Of a stretch of DNA of 64,000 nucleotides, positions 13,098 through 25,139 are shown one piece after another. This DNA is from Octopus sinensis (taxonomy: Eukaryota): positions 84,258,001 to 84,322,000 of the forward strand of contig NC_042998.1 of assembly GCF_006345805.1 (NCBI RefSeq). Reading direction: 5' to 3'. The notes under the pieces were generated by a model. It saw only the letters and a list, made by a program, of their open reading frames with translations. It had not been told where the DNA came from and searched no databases. Position 1 is the first letter of the stretch, and every line of letters starts with the position of its first letter. The position numbers and the translations under genes were made by a program.

Positions 13098-13319
13098 CCC
13101 TTTAGCATTCAGATTCGTTTATCAAATGTAATACTTTTTCTTATTCATACTGTTTTTAATTAACCATGCATTATCTTGTTGCTTTGAGATTTTGACGATG
13201 TGATGGTATATTTTTAGAATGACATTGTAGTAATAGTGTGATAGGCTGGACGTGGCCAGTTTCAACATAAAACAGGAAGAATATTTGGGCCACATATGGC
13301 CAGTTTAAATGTTAGAGGG
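13098..13319. mobile_element. piggyBac-like MITE with TTAA target-site duplication
   Basis: TTAA|CCCTTTAGCATT ... AATGTTAGAGGG|TTAA. Related copies at about 29772-30352 (interrupted by a SINE), 38760-38975 and 40880-41100. Confidence 0.6.
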
Positions 13320-13999
13320 TTAAAGCCTTTGTAGTTTTGTCACCAACCTAATAGGTTCTGCAAAGACCATAAACACTATTCCTTCTTGCAAAACCAGCAA
13401 ATGAAGTAACATGGCAATAATGTAATAAAATGATTATTCACATTTAATACATTAATAAAAACAAGAATGGATGTATGTATGGCCTTGTAGTTAAGAAGTT
13501 TGCTTTGTAACCATGGCATTGTGATTTCAACCCAAGACTTGTGGATGAAACTACATAGATGGAAACTGTATGGAAGCCTATTGAATGGACTGTAGCTGTA
13601 ATTTAATGATCCAGCCTTGTCAAGTGGAATCTGTCTGCAGATTATGTTAAGAGTACAGGTATCTGTGGAATACCCAGCCACTTACACTGTCATTTAACGA
13701 GTGTTGAATAAACATATGAAATACTCAATAAGAGGGTTCATACAGTTATTATAACAATCATCATTTAATGTCTGTTTTCCATGCTGGCATGGGTTGGACA
13801 ATTTGATAGGAACTGGCAATCTGGAGAGCTGCACCAGGCTCCAGTCATCTGTTTTGGCATGTTTTCTATGGCTGCATGCCCTTCTAGTGCCAACCACTTT
13901 ACAGGGTGTACTAGGTGCTTTGCACAAAGTGCCAGCATGGGTGCTTTTTACATAGCACCAACACAGGTGCTAATAAAAACTATATTTGTTTTTAAGGGG

Positions 14000-14520
14000 T
14001 AGTGCCCATGGTCTTTGTCAGTTATCCCAAATCAGAGAGATGGGTGCCATTAATGTTCCTCATAAACGTTTGTAAGTCAACCTGTGAGCAAGGAAAGAAT
14101 TCCAGGGTGATGACAGTTTGAGAAAAAAGGGCTGGGCTTAGGAATTAGTGCAGGGCCTGGTGAGAATTGGACATAACAAGGGCGATGAGAAGAGGAGAGG
14201 CAAGTGGAAAGAGAATACTCCAATTGAAGTTAGCATGACTCCATCCTGCCCCTAAAAGCATAAAGCATTATAATAGTAATGCAAGAGGCAGAAAGCAGAG
14301 ACAAGATGCCTGTGTTCTAGGAGCTGGAGCAGTTGGGGGCTCATTTCTGAGTGTGATCCAATATATCTACGTGTGCAATAGCAGCACTGTGCTAATATTT
14401 TCCATAGCAGTCATGTTGAGATGGCAATCATTGATACTGTACAAAGTTCGGGTGAGAGCCACATTAGAATATTGCTCTCACATCTGGGATAAACACTATC
14501 TCATCAATGGTATAGAGAAA
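14000..14520. mobile_element. CR1/L2-like LINE 3' fragment with an inverted 5' segment
   Basis: Plus-strand LILYKVRVRATLEYCSHIWD (about 14430-14490) and minus-strand ..LEHRHLVSAFCLLHYYYNA.. (about 14340-14000) are consecutive parts of the post-RT region. Confidence 0.55.
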
Positions 14521-14559
14521 CTAAATGAAAGTTCTACAATGTTTCCTCTTCTTCTTTAG

Positions 14560-14720
14560 ATTAATAGAAGTTCTGAGAGATTTTGGTCCTAATGACTGGC
14601 AGCTGGCTGGAATTGTGTGTCAAGTTTTACTGAACTACAGCCACAATATTGGCCCAGAACACCTCTATTTTGGTTACCAAACAACAGAGCAACTTGTTGA
14701 GCTTCTCACGGAATTTTTAG
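14560..14720 (+). CDS. ARMC2: ARMC2 exon: LIEVLRDFGPNDWQLAGIVCQVLLNYSHNIGPEHLYFGYQTTEQLVELLTEFL
   Basis: tag|..g|gtaaga. Matches human LVDCLRDLGPTDWQLACLVCKTLWNFS. Confidence 0.95.
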
Positions 14721-14779
14721 GTAAGAAATAACATTTGACTTTCTGTATTTTGTTTTGTGACTTAGTCATTCAGCTATTG

Positions 14780-14945
14780 ACATCATCATCATCACTACTA
14801 TTGTCATTACTACCATCATAATCACTGCTATCATCATCACTATCACTATATCAATATCATCATTGCCACCACCACCACCACCATCATTACTATCATTACC
14901 ATTTCTTCAATAACCACCATCATTATCATCCTAGCAACGTCATTG
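14780..14945. repeat. Degenerate (CAT/CAC)n trinucleotide tract
   Basis: Directly visible catcatcatcatcactact..accaccaccacc tract just inside the intron. Confidence 0.8.
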
Positions 14946-15399
14946 TCTTCATTTGTGTTTTTAATTCTTTAATACTAAAGGTAAACAATCTCTGAATGGA
15001 ATTTCTGGATTGTTACTGAGTTTCACAATCATGACTTTGTATATTGAAAGATGCATTTTCCAGATGCCAACATGTAGTGTTCCCAGATGTTCTAATATCC
15101 ATTCCCATCAGCTTAGGTGATGTGGTGGAAAGTATTCTTCCCAGTAACCTCAAGAAACACCAGGAATGAATTTGAAATAATGACCTGTTAGCAGATAGTC
15201 CAGTAGATCATATACTTTGCCACTGGTCAGCACAGCTGCAGCTGTTATACCAGTTTATCAGTGTTTGCCTTCATCTGTACTGGAACTCTGTTGCCTCATT
15301 CTAGGATTGTTATTCATTCTTCGAAGCAATGATGGAGACTACGCTGAGGTATGGTCCCAGATCAAGGACAGTAACAAAAGCTCTAAAAAAATTGGTTCA

Positions 15400-15620
15400 A
15401 TAGCACTGACATAAGATTGCAATGAACACCATTGAAAATGTCTTGGAAGAAATATAAAATTAATGCCAAACTTTATGGCAGTCTATCTTTTATAACAACC
15501 ACATTGTGCAAACAAAGATGTTGGTATTTGAAATAATCAGAGAAGTAAAGATGAGGTAGTGCATCAGTTGTTGCTATGGAAACCTACTCATAGCAAAAGA
15601 TTGAGGGAAGACTTATCTTT
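15400..15620 (+). mobile_element. Old RTE-like LINE fragment
   Basis: Translation ..LYGSL..SKDEVVHQLLLWKPTHSKRLR resembles the RTE C-terminal WxPxxGxRxxGRP region; degenerate. Confidence 0.4.
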
Positions 15621-16412
15621 ATTTATATCAATCACTACACTCTCAGGGTGGTTGGCATTAGGAAAGGCATCCAGCTGTAGAAACACTGCCAGATCAGACT
15701 GGAGCCTGGTGCAGCCTCCTGGCTTCCAACCCATACTAGCATGATGATGATGATAATGATTGGGACAAGATACTGGGGTAAAAATTGGAAAATGTGTTTG
15801 CTGCTATATTTGCTGCTATATTTGTTAGGAGTATCCAGGTTTTCATAGAAAGAATAAACTGGGGTTAATTCATAGACTAACATCTTCTCTCTTACAAATG
15901 TGTAACTTTGTATTAATATAAGAAATCAATATTGCATTGATTGTTTGTGAGTTGGCAGAAATAATGGAGCAAAAATATCTGACAGTATTTGTGTTCTGGG
16001 TTCCAATCCCACCCACCAGGATAATTTTTGTTTAGCATACCCTTAGTCAATAAAATAATAATCAGTAATTTTCACTAGTGCCTACTTAACAATCTCACCA
16101 GTGTTGATAGCACACAAGTATTCAGTACAGACTGCATGGCATTAGGAAGGGCAGCCAGCCTTAGAGACCATGACACTGGAGCTCAATGCAGCCTTGTGGC
16201 TCACCAGATCTTGTTAAACTATCCAATCATACCAACATGAACAAAAAAATGGATGTTAAATGATGACAATGATGATGATGATGCTACTCCTCAACTGCAA
16301 AGAGATGATCTTATTACTTAGCTAAAAGAAATATTGTTTTATTGTATAATTCCTTCCAGGTCAACCTTTTACCCATTTTGTAAGTGAACCCTTTGATGTT
16401 TGAATTTTCCAG

Positions 16413-16639
16413 ATGAAGCTAATGTTCACGGCTACATTACAGCCAAACCTGAACACACAGAACAAAGCTCAGAGACAACAGATGAAGTTCAGAATCTTAT
16501 TATGGAAAAATGGGAAAACGAATTTTGTCCAGTTGCTGAAACTTTATTGCAGAGACTTAAATACCACCAATCTGTCTTAGAACCTCTTGAAGTAACAAAG
16601 GATCACTTTCCCAGTTCTTTTAAAAGCACTAGATCATAG
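16413..16639 (+). CDS. ARMC2: ARMC2 terminal exon: (D)EANVHG..EKWENEFCPVAETLLQRLKYHQSVLEPLEVTKDHFPSSFKSTRS*
   Basis: cag|at acceptor in phase 1. WExEFxPVAxxLLxR..LEPL matches the ARMC2 C-terminus; TAG at 16637-16639. Confidence 0.93.
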
Positions 16640-16706
16640 ATCCACTTACATTAACTTTCATATTTAATCATGATGATACTGAAGAAAAAAAAAAAATAAT
16701 AATAAT

Positions 16707-16712
16707 AATAAA
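16707..16712 (+). terminator. Candidate ARMC2 polyadenylation signal AATAAA
   Basis: First AATAAA about 70 nt after the stop codon; usage not demonstrable from sequence. Confidence 0.35.
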
Positions 16713-19430
16713 ACCATTCAGTGAACAAATTCAACTCTAAATTCTTGTTATCTCACTGTTAAAACAGAATAATCTTCATCTCTATCCACAAAATATTTGC
16801 TGTCTGTTCATAGCATGATAATCTCCTTTTGACGATTTCTTATAATTAACATCTAAAATGGCTTCTTTGCTTGACAAACATATTTCCTGTCATCTGATTA
16901 TATGTCCATCTTTGATTTTTCTCTAGGTTCTAAAAATACCTTTTGTTCTCTTTCATACTTAGATCAAATACCTAAAAACGTATTATTACCAACATCCAGA
17001 GAAAGAAAGTTCATAATGGTTCTTTATAGACAAGCACAATACCAGGAAGCTCATTAGAATAATGTTGTCAATGAAATTGAGAATTTGAAAATTACTCAAG
17101 AATCAATATGAACTTTCACTCTCTGGATTCTTTTGATTTTTCTGGTATAATTACCGACATTACATTAATATTCTATTAAGTGCTCAGATTTGTATTATTG
17201 TTGTTGGCTAGCCTGATCAGTTCCATTTCAACATTGGTGGGAGGTAACTGAATGTAGGAGATATTATGATAGAATGGCTTTTGTTGCTAGTAGTTAGATT
17301 AGAATAAAGAGCAGAGATAATAGAGCATGAGAATGAATGCTTTTCTTAGCTCTGACTTCAAATCTGATAGAGTTTGTCTTTGCTTTCCATTAATAAAATA
17401 TGTACAAGTAATATACTGGGTTAGTTCAGATAAGTACTCTAGTGTTCAATAGTTGATTTTGTATCTTTGTAAAGAGTTCAATTTTTTTTTTTGTTGTAAA
17501 AAAGTTTTGTTCACTCATTAATCTGAGAAAAAGGAATGGGCAGTTCTCATAGCCTTTACTATTATTGTCATTATTTTACATTTAGAAAAACTTATTTTGA
17601 TTGAAAAGGCTTTGAGAAGACCAAATATATGCTTAACCCGTCTTTGAACCACAAGAGTTATGCTGCAGAGCCATATTGTGTCAGGGGAGATTTGTGAAAG
17701 ACATACATCAAAACTAACTGAAGACTAGAAAAATGTGGATAACCAGGTGAGTTGTTTTCTTACAGGTTTGTTTGTCATTCATTGGAAGGAAGCTATCGGC
17801 AGGAAAGAAGTTTAAAGAAGCAGTTCAGTAGGTGGCGAATTTGGCATATTGTTTAGTAAGGGGCCATGGAAACAAAATTTTGTGATATTCTAAAAGTAGG
17901 AGAGGGAAATACATTGAGATGATTTTAAAGGAATGAAAAACTGTTGTTGTATGAGTGGAATAGATAGAGAGAGGATACAGTTCAATAGTAAATTGGTGAG
18001 TGACATCTTGCCTCACAAGTGTTTTACTTAGATACTGTCTGAAATGGAAATGTATGTGCATGCATGGAGAAAGCTTGCATTGAAACAGTTCTTTTCATTA
18101 GAAGTGAATCATGGACAACAGAAACAGTAACAGAAGAGATAAAGGCACTCTCTCTCTCTTCACAATCTACCACAAAGAATTAATAATGAATGGCTAATTG
18201 CAAAGGGCATGGGATTTTTTTAGTATTTTACATTCTTAGAGATTAATTTTGATTAGAAATGCTTTGAGAAAGATATACCATTGGCTCCTCTTTTGAACCT
18301 AAAAAATGAAGCCTTCTGTTACCATATATCTGTTGAAATAGAATATAATAACTCCATGATTCTACAGCCACTCAGTTTTTTTGTTCTATTGTATATAAAT
18401 GCTGATTTGTATAAAGAATGAGAGTATAGTCAGTTGTATCACTGGTATTTTCTTTTTACTGATTCTGGTGGGATTTGAACTCAGGAAGTAAATAGGCATA
18501 TTTCAATGGCATAAAATATTTTGTCCAGCACTCAAATCATTCTGCTATCTATTTCATATATATATATATATGAACAAGTCTGTCACATTCTTGAGTTGGA
18601 GGGCTGTTAGCCACAATACAATATGACAACCACATTTTAATCTGGCTAACTGCCAGTCTCCTATAAAACAAAATAAATTGAAGGTTCTGGATGGAGTGCT
18701 TATTTTAACCTAAATAATAATAATAATAATATACACTCTGCCTTTTCTATTGAGTACCCTTTTTTGTGTTTGTCATCACTGACATAACATACCACATATA
18801 CCCAAGCACAAATATAAAACTTTTTGTATTATCTTGATTACTTGTTTCTCTCTCTCTCTCTCTCTCAAACACACAGCTATATATACACACATATGCCCAA
18901 ACTGAATGTTACCTGATATAGAAGATATAATTATGAAAATAAGAAAAAAATCTAATATCTGATTTCATTTGAATGGAAGCATTATTCTCTGTAAGTAATA
19001 AAACTGTCATAAATTTATGATACAAGTACACTAGAGTTTCAATTAACAATCAACTATCTTACATCATTAGGATCTAGTATTTGCTCAACAATTTACCATT
19101 AAAACTGACCTGACCTAACTACAATATACTATGCTATTTTCCAAAATAGCACTCCCTGATAACACGTTAGTGTCAAAAAAAAAAAACAAAAGACACAACA
19201 CAACCTTTATTTCAAATTTTATAATACTGAGGAATTAACTTAAGTAACTTTTGTTAATAAGACAGTGTTTGGAAGATGAGTGAGCTGGAAGAAATGTTAG
19301 CACGCCGGGCGAAATGCTCAGTGGTATTTCGTCTGCCGCTACATTCCGAGTTCAAAATGTGACCGTGTGTGTACCGTTGGTGATTATTTTTTCCTCAGTC
19401 TTCCCTTCTTTGGATCTTTCCTTTTCCTAT

Positions 19431-19465
19431 GTTTCTGATGAAGAGCTCTGCTCGAAACGTTAAAC
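19431..19465 (+). ncRNA. Minimal type-I hammerhead ribozyme motif inside a Penelope-type terminal-repeat fragment
   Basis: GTTT-CTGATGA-A-GAGC(TCT)GCTC-GAAA-CGTT-AAAC: core CUGAUGA and GAAA, 4-bp stem II, palindromic ACGT stem III, stem I GTTT/AAAC. Confidence 0.55.
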
Positions 19466-20019
19466 CTTCCTTCTTTCCTGAGCGTCCAATAATATTGTAC
19501 TTGTTCCACGTCCTCACGTTGTTGTGATTTCTCTTTGTGTTTTCATGTTTGGATTAACTATATATATATATATATGTATATATATATACACACACACACA
19601 CATATATTAACCTCATTTCTAACCACCTGTTACTCTTTTCTCACATTCTTATGAAATAACTTACTCTTTACTTCTCTATTAATCTACTATCAGTGGTACT
19701 CGACCATTTTTGCCTATGGACCCTTTAATTCTTATTTCACATAGGTGGATCCTCATAGTCATTCATGGTTTTAAAAAGTCCTATTATATTTTTATTATTA
19801 AATATTATTAGAAATTGTATTAAAAAAAATTAAAATATTTTGAGTATTGTAGAAATATCAGTTTATTGCACACCCCTCATTCATTGGACAATAAACTTTG
19901 CTTGCAAAGACGTATTGAGGCAAGTGAAATCAAAATCACTGACATGGCTGATGACAGTACTGCCTGATTGGCACTCATGCCAGTGGAACATTAAAAGCAC
20001 ATCTGAACATGAGATGTAA

Positions 20020-20590
20020 CCAGCCCACTTATGAGTACCCCTCATTCATTGGACAATAAACTTTGCTTGCGAAGATCTATTGAGGCAAGTGAAATCAAAT
20101 TAAAATCACTGACATGGCTGATGACATGCCTGATTAGCACTTGTGCCAGTGGAACATTAAAAGCGCATCTGAGAGTGATCATTGCCAGGGTCAGAGATAG
20201 GTCCGAAGCTGGTGGCATGTAAAAAGCACCATTCAAGCATGATTGTTGCCAACATCGCCGTACCAGCACAAATGCTGGTAACATGAAAACCAACATTCGA
20301 GCATGGTCATTGCTAGTGCCACTGGACTGCCTCCCATCAGGTAGCATGTAAAAAACACCTTATGAGCGTGGTCGTTGCCAGAACCGCCTGACTGGCCCTT
20401 GTGCCGGTGACGTGTAAAAGCACCCACTACACTCTTGGAGTAATTGGTATTAGGAAGGGCATCCAGCTGTAGAAACTTTGCCAGATCAGATTGAGCTTGG
20501 TGCAGCCTTCTGGCTCACCAGTCCTCAATCAAACTGTCCAACCCATGCCAGCATGGAAAGCAGACGTTAAACAACGATGATGATGATGAA
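20020..20590 (-). repeat. Interspersed repeat family C (catcatcatcgtttaacgtccgctttccatgc.. head; SINE-like)
   Basis: Many homologous copies in the window, e.g. 12000-12270, 29930-30270, 37988-38155, 39260-39430, 41575-41840, 54790-55122. Confidence 0.8.
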
Positions 20591-23227
20591 ATTTGAATAA
20601 CAAAGTTTTATATGGACCCCGGTTGAGATTCACTGGTCTATATTCTCCCTTATGTTTATGCCCTTGTAACTTGAGAGTACACCTGGTACCCATCCCCACC
20701 ATCTTTATCTTCCTTCCAGCTACTCTCACCCTCCTTCATGTAATGTAGGGTAGCCATGTATCTCTAGCAAGATACCTTAACTTTCAACACCTGACATAAA
20801 ACCTCCTCCTCTCTGAAATACATTCTCACTTGATGAAGGTAGCTTTAGTGCCACTAGGTTACTGGACAACTTTGATAGTGCCACTGTCATGAAAAGGCAC
20901 CCAATAGACTCTGTAAAGTGGTTGGCATTAGAAAGAGCATCCAGCCATAGATACCATGCCAAAACAAACAGGAGTCCAATGCAGTCCTGCAGCTCATTGG
21001 ACTCTGTCAAAATGTTCAGCCCATGCTAACATGGAAAATGGACATTAAATGATGATGATGATAATTCTATACAACATAATACTGTATTAAAACTAAAATG
21101 AAAGCAATATGTTTCCTGCTGTCACTCACTCTCCTCCTGCTTCAACACTATCTTTTTTGTGTAACAGTGAACAATTACAAGCTAATTATTATAACATTGT
21201 CATTTAACATCCATGTTTCATGTTAATATATGTTGGCTGGTTTAACAGGATCCCATGGGTCCAAGGACTGTATTGTGCTCCAGTGTCTGTTTTGGCATGA
21301 TTTTTATAGCTTGACACCCTTCCTAATGCCAACCTTTTGACAGCATGTACTGGGTGAATTTTTCATGCCATCAAAACTAGTAAGGTCACTATGCAACTTA
21401 CAAAACTATGAAATCCATAGGGAAGGGTATTTTATGCTAGGAGATGAGGGTTATGATATGAGTGGGGTGAGATAGAGCAGATTCTTGTTGTAGAAGAGCT
21501 ACATCGCTACTCATTGAGGTGAGAGTGACACTGAATCAGTAGAAGCTGCAAATGAATAAGCATTCTGAGTTCAAATTTCACAAGGACCAGTGTTACACAT
21601 TCATATCTATGTGTATACGTGTGTAGAATACATCCCCACTTTAAAACGCAGTTTGTACTGTTCACTAATAAATAGTGCCAAAAGTGGGGATGTATTCTAC
21701 ACACGTATACACATAGATATGAATGTGTAACAACCAGCATTGCCATTTGTTTTCCCAGTGCCAGAATACAATGGAATTCATTTGATTAGTTTCTTACTCT
21801 CCTTCCATTTTTATCCTTTGTTAAAAGAAATCAATTATAAATAATTATGTGATTAATTAATTTCATGTATGTATGTTTATAGATGAAATATTTTAAAACA
21901 TTTGTAGAAAGTAATAATTCAATTATATATAACTGGATTTATATATGTATGTATCTATAAATATATATAATTTATCATTTCTGTAAGTAGCTCAATAGAT
22001 ATATTTAATATTATAAAGTAGCTTAGCAAAAGTTCAGAATTTATATTTCATATTTGTTATTTTATTTCCCTCTTCCGCTATTGGCAAGAATGACATTGTC
22101 TTTATTTTTCACAAACATATTTACAGTTGGACACACCTTTTTCATTGTTATCCACCCATCAATGTAATTGAGGTGGAATATGTATTTTTATCAATCAGTC
22201 ATAGTGCAGCATCTAATGTTATATATCTTGGTACACAGAATAGCCATTGCAAATGACTATGATATCAGTAATTCAACACTAAGTCCAGCCATTCTGTTAA
22301 ATCTTACAACCTTTACCAAAGACATATTACATATATACATATCATTTCTTTATTATTATTGTTGTTAACTGTATTAATCCTTCCATTTATTTTCAATTTA
22401 AGCCATCTGTGATTGTGGAGAAATTCCGTCCTAATTATTATTTTTTCTTATGTCATATTTAGGGTTCCATTTTTATATAATATATACAAATTCTTTGTAA
22501 AACATTAATTCAAAGTGTAATAAATGTTAAAATGCTTATAGATATAAATTATATGTTGAAGAAATGTATTATGAAAACACCCCATCTATTGATGAAATGC
22601 ATGAAAATTAAATGTTTACATCTCATAGAATCTGTGGGTTGGCATTGTTTGTTTATTCTTTTCTTTTAGTACTGCTCCTTCTGATGTCATCTTTCTCTCT
22701 CCTTTCAGCCCTTTCTTGTCATCTGAACAAATGTTCACATTTTAGGGTATTGATTAATCTCAGCATTTACATCAACTTCTAGTTTCACTGATGGCATCAG
22801 TTTCCTCCACCCAACTGTTCTTTTCTCTGATCTATATATATCTTAGCTGAGTATAATTTAACTTTTATCAAATATTTTGGTTTCTCTTTACATAGTCCTG
22901 AGTGCCTTTACAAGGCGCCACCACTCCTGTTATGGTACCACAACAGAAAGCCAACAAATCACATGCTATCAAAATTAGCTGCCAAATGAGCAAAGAATGA
23001 GTAGGGATCAAGGGTCCCTTTATTCAACCTCTCAAGTGTTGGTACCATGAGAAAATGCAGTTAGTATACACTTTAAATTGATTGACAATAGGTAGAGCAT
23101 CCAATCATAGAAAACAATCCAGGTGACAAGTATGTGAATCATGTCACTTGCTGCTCCCAACAGAAAATGACTGACCATGACGACCTGTTCAACTCATTGC
23201 AGCAAGGAAAGTGGCCATAAATTGATA

Positions 23228-23360
23228 CAGTGTTCCCTCGCTACTTCGCGGTTCAACTATCACGGATTCACGACATCGCAGATTTTTAAAATATATATAT
23301 ATGAACACCTGATGCAGCCTGTCTTGGAACCAATCTACTACGATAAACGAGGGATCACTG
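23228..23360. mobile_element. Tigger/pogo-like MITE, 133 bp
   Basis: TA|CAGTGTTCCCTCG ... CGAGGGATCACTG|TA: 13-bp TIRs (12/13 match) and TA TSD. Confidence 0.7.
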
Positions 23361-24361
23361 TAATTCTTTCTGGTAGTCAGGTTCAAGCTAAAAAGGGTAT
23401 AAGAGTGGCAAGTAGCTTGCTTACCAACCACATGGCTCTGAGTTCAGTCCCACTGCATAGCACCTTGGGCAAGTGTCTTCTAATAGAGCCTCAGGCCAAC
23501 CAAACCTTGTGAATGGATTTGGCAGATGGAAACTGAAAAGAATCCCGTCGTATATATACATATATATTTATGTTTGTGCCCCCACCATCACTTGACAATT
23601 GGTGCTGTTGTTGTTAAGCAACAAGATCCTCCAGCATGGCTGCAGTCAAATAAAAAAAACATACACACACTCACATACATATATATATATATGTATGTAT
23701 GTATCATTTAATGTCCGTTGTCCATGCTGGCATGGAGTGAACAGTTTGACCAGTGCTGATAAGCTGCACCAGACTCCAGTCTGATTTGCATGGTTTTATA
23801 TGTTTGGATGCCCTTCCTAATGTCAACCACTCCAAGAGTGTAATGGGTGGTTTTATGTAACATTTGCATGACATCAGTATCTGCCATGACTGCTCAACTT
23901 AGTCTTCTTCTCAAGCACGACATAATGCCAAAGGTCTTGGTCATTGCCTCCGTGAGGCTCAAAAGGAAACAGATTAGTGCACATTACTCTTTAAAGGAGC
24001 ATAGGGCTGACTTCCTGGTTCCTCTGGCATACATATATTCCTCCTGGGACAGGACCGATCCATCACAGGGTTACTCATTTTTACCAGCTGAATGGACTGG
24101 AGCAATGTGAAATGGAGTGTTTTGCTCAAGAACACAATGCATCACCCAATCCAGGAATCGAAACCACAACCTTACGATCACAACTCCAGCACCCTAATCA
24201 TATAACCAGTCTCCAGGACAAGAGAAAATAGAACTTTACAAGTGAGGGTTGGCAACAGGAAAAGCATCTGGTTGTAGAAAAAAGTTAAACTCAAAAATTT
24301 TCATGAGCCATGCAAGCATGGAAAAATGGACATTGAAAAGATGGAACAAGAATTTTAATAT

Positions 24362-24521
24362 AGGTGCAGGAGTGGCTGTGTGGTAAGTAGTTTGCTTACC
24401 AAACACATGGTTCTGCGTTCAGTCCCACTGCATAGCACCTTGGGCAAATGTCTTCTATAACCTCGGGCCGACTAAAGCCTTGAGTGGATTTGGTAGACAG
24501 AAACTGAAAGAAGAGCCCATC

Positions 24522-24553
<32 letters not shown>

Positions 24554-24745
24554 ATGTTTTTGTGTGTTTGTCCCCCCAACATCGCTCAACAACTGATACT
24601 GGTATGTTTACATCTCTGTAACTTTGCAGTTCGGCAAAAGATGAACAGAATAAGTACTAGGCTTACAAAGAGTAAGTCCTGGGGTTGATTTGCTCGACTA
24701 AAGGCGGTGCTCCAGTCAAATGACTGAAACAAGTAAAAGAATAAA
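24362..24745 (+). mobile_element. tRNA-derived SINE family A with internal (TA)/(TG) microsatellite
   Basis: Head GGTGCAGGAGTGGCTGTGTGGTAAG..GTTCAGTCCC has A/B-box-like motifs. Copies at 43203-43615(-), 43722-44100(+), 46752-47124(-), 23400-23660, and one split by the mariner. Confidence 0.8.
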
Positions 24746-24983
24746 GGAACATCCTTGAACTCTCCATGAACTGAGTTTCAAACCCAGACTCAGTTACCCA
24801 ACGACAGCTATTATGCTTATTCTGTTAATATACTCTGGAAGGGCATGAACATCATAACTCCTATTTACATCACCTTTGGAAGTTAACAGGGCAAATCCTC
24901 TGAAGACGTGTACCTCTGGCCAGGAAAGGTGAGGCTTACTAAAATTTAATTACACCAAACAACAGTTTTACAAAATTAAAGGC

Positions 24984-24989
24984 TTTATT
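24984..24989 (-). terminator. Candidate PPIL3 polyadenylation signal (AATAAA on minus strand)
   Basis: TTTATT on +, about 24 nt beyond the PPIL3 stop codon. Confidence 0.45.
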
Positions 24990-25012
24990 GTTATATTTAC
25001 AATGAAATGATG

Positions 25013-25139
25013 TTACGTTGCTAATGGGTTGGCATGAATAGTGACATTAATTATCTTTAAATCATTCAAAGGACGAAAATTCTTTTCATTCACAGGAACT
25101 TTCTCCATTTCGTCCAAGGTTTCGAAGCCATCAATAACT
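25013..25139 (-). CDS. PPIL3: PPIL3 terminal exon: (R)VIDGFETLDEMEKVPVNEKNFRPLNDLKIINVTIHANPLAT*
   Basis: ttttttccag| acceptor. Matches human VIDGLETLDELEKLPVNEKTYRPLNDVHIKDITIHANPFAQ. Confidence 0.95.

Noticed and set aside
16700-24300. Additional gene between ARMC2 and PPIL3
   Set aside because: No exon chain or recognisable protein found; the region is AT-rich sequence and repeats. Small or highly diverged exons cannot be excluded by eye.
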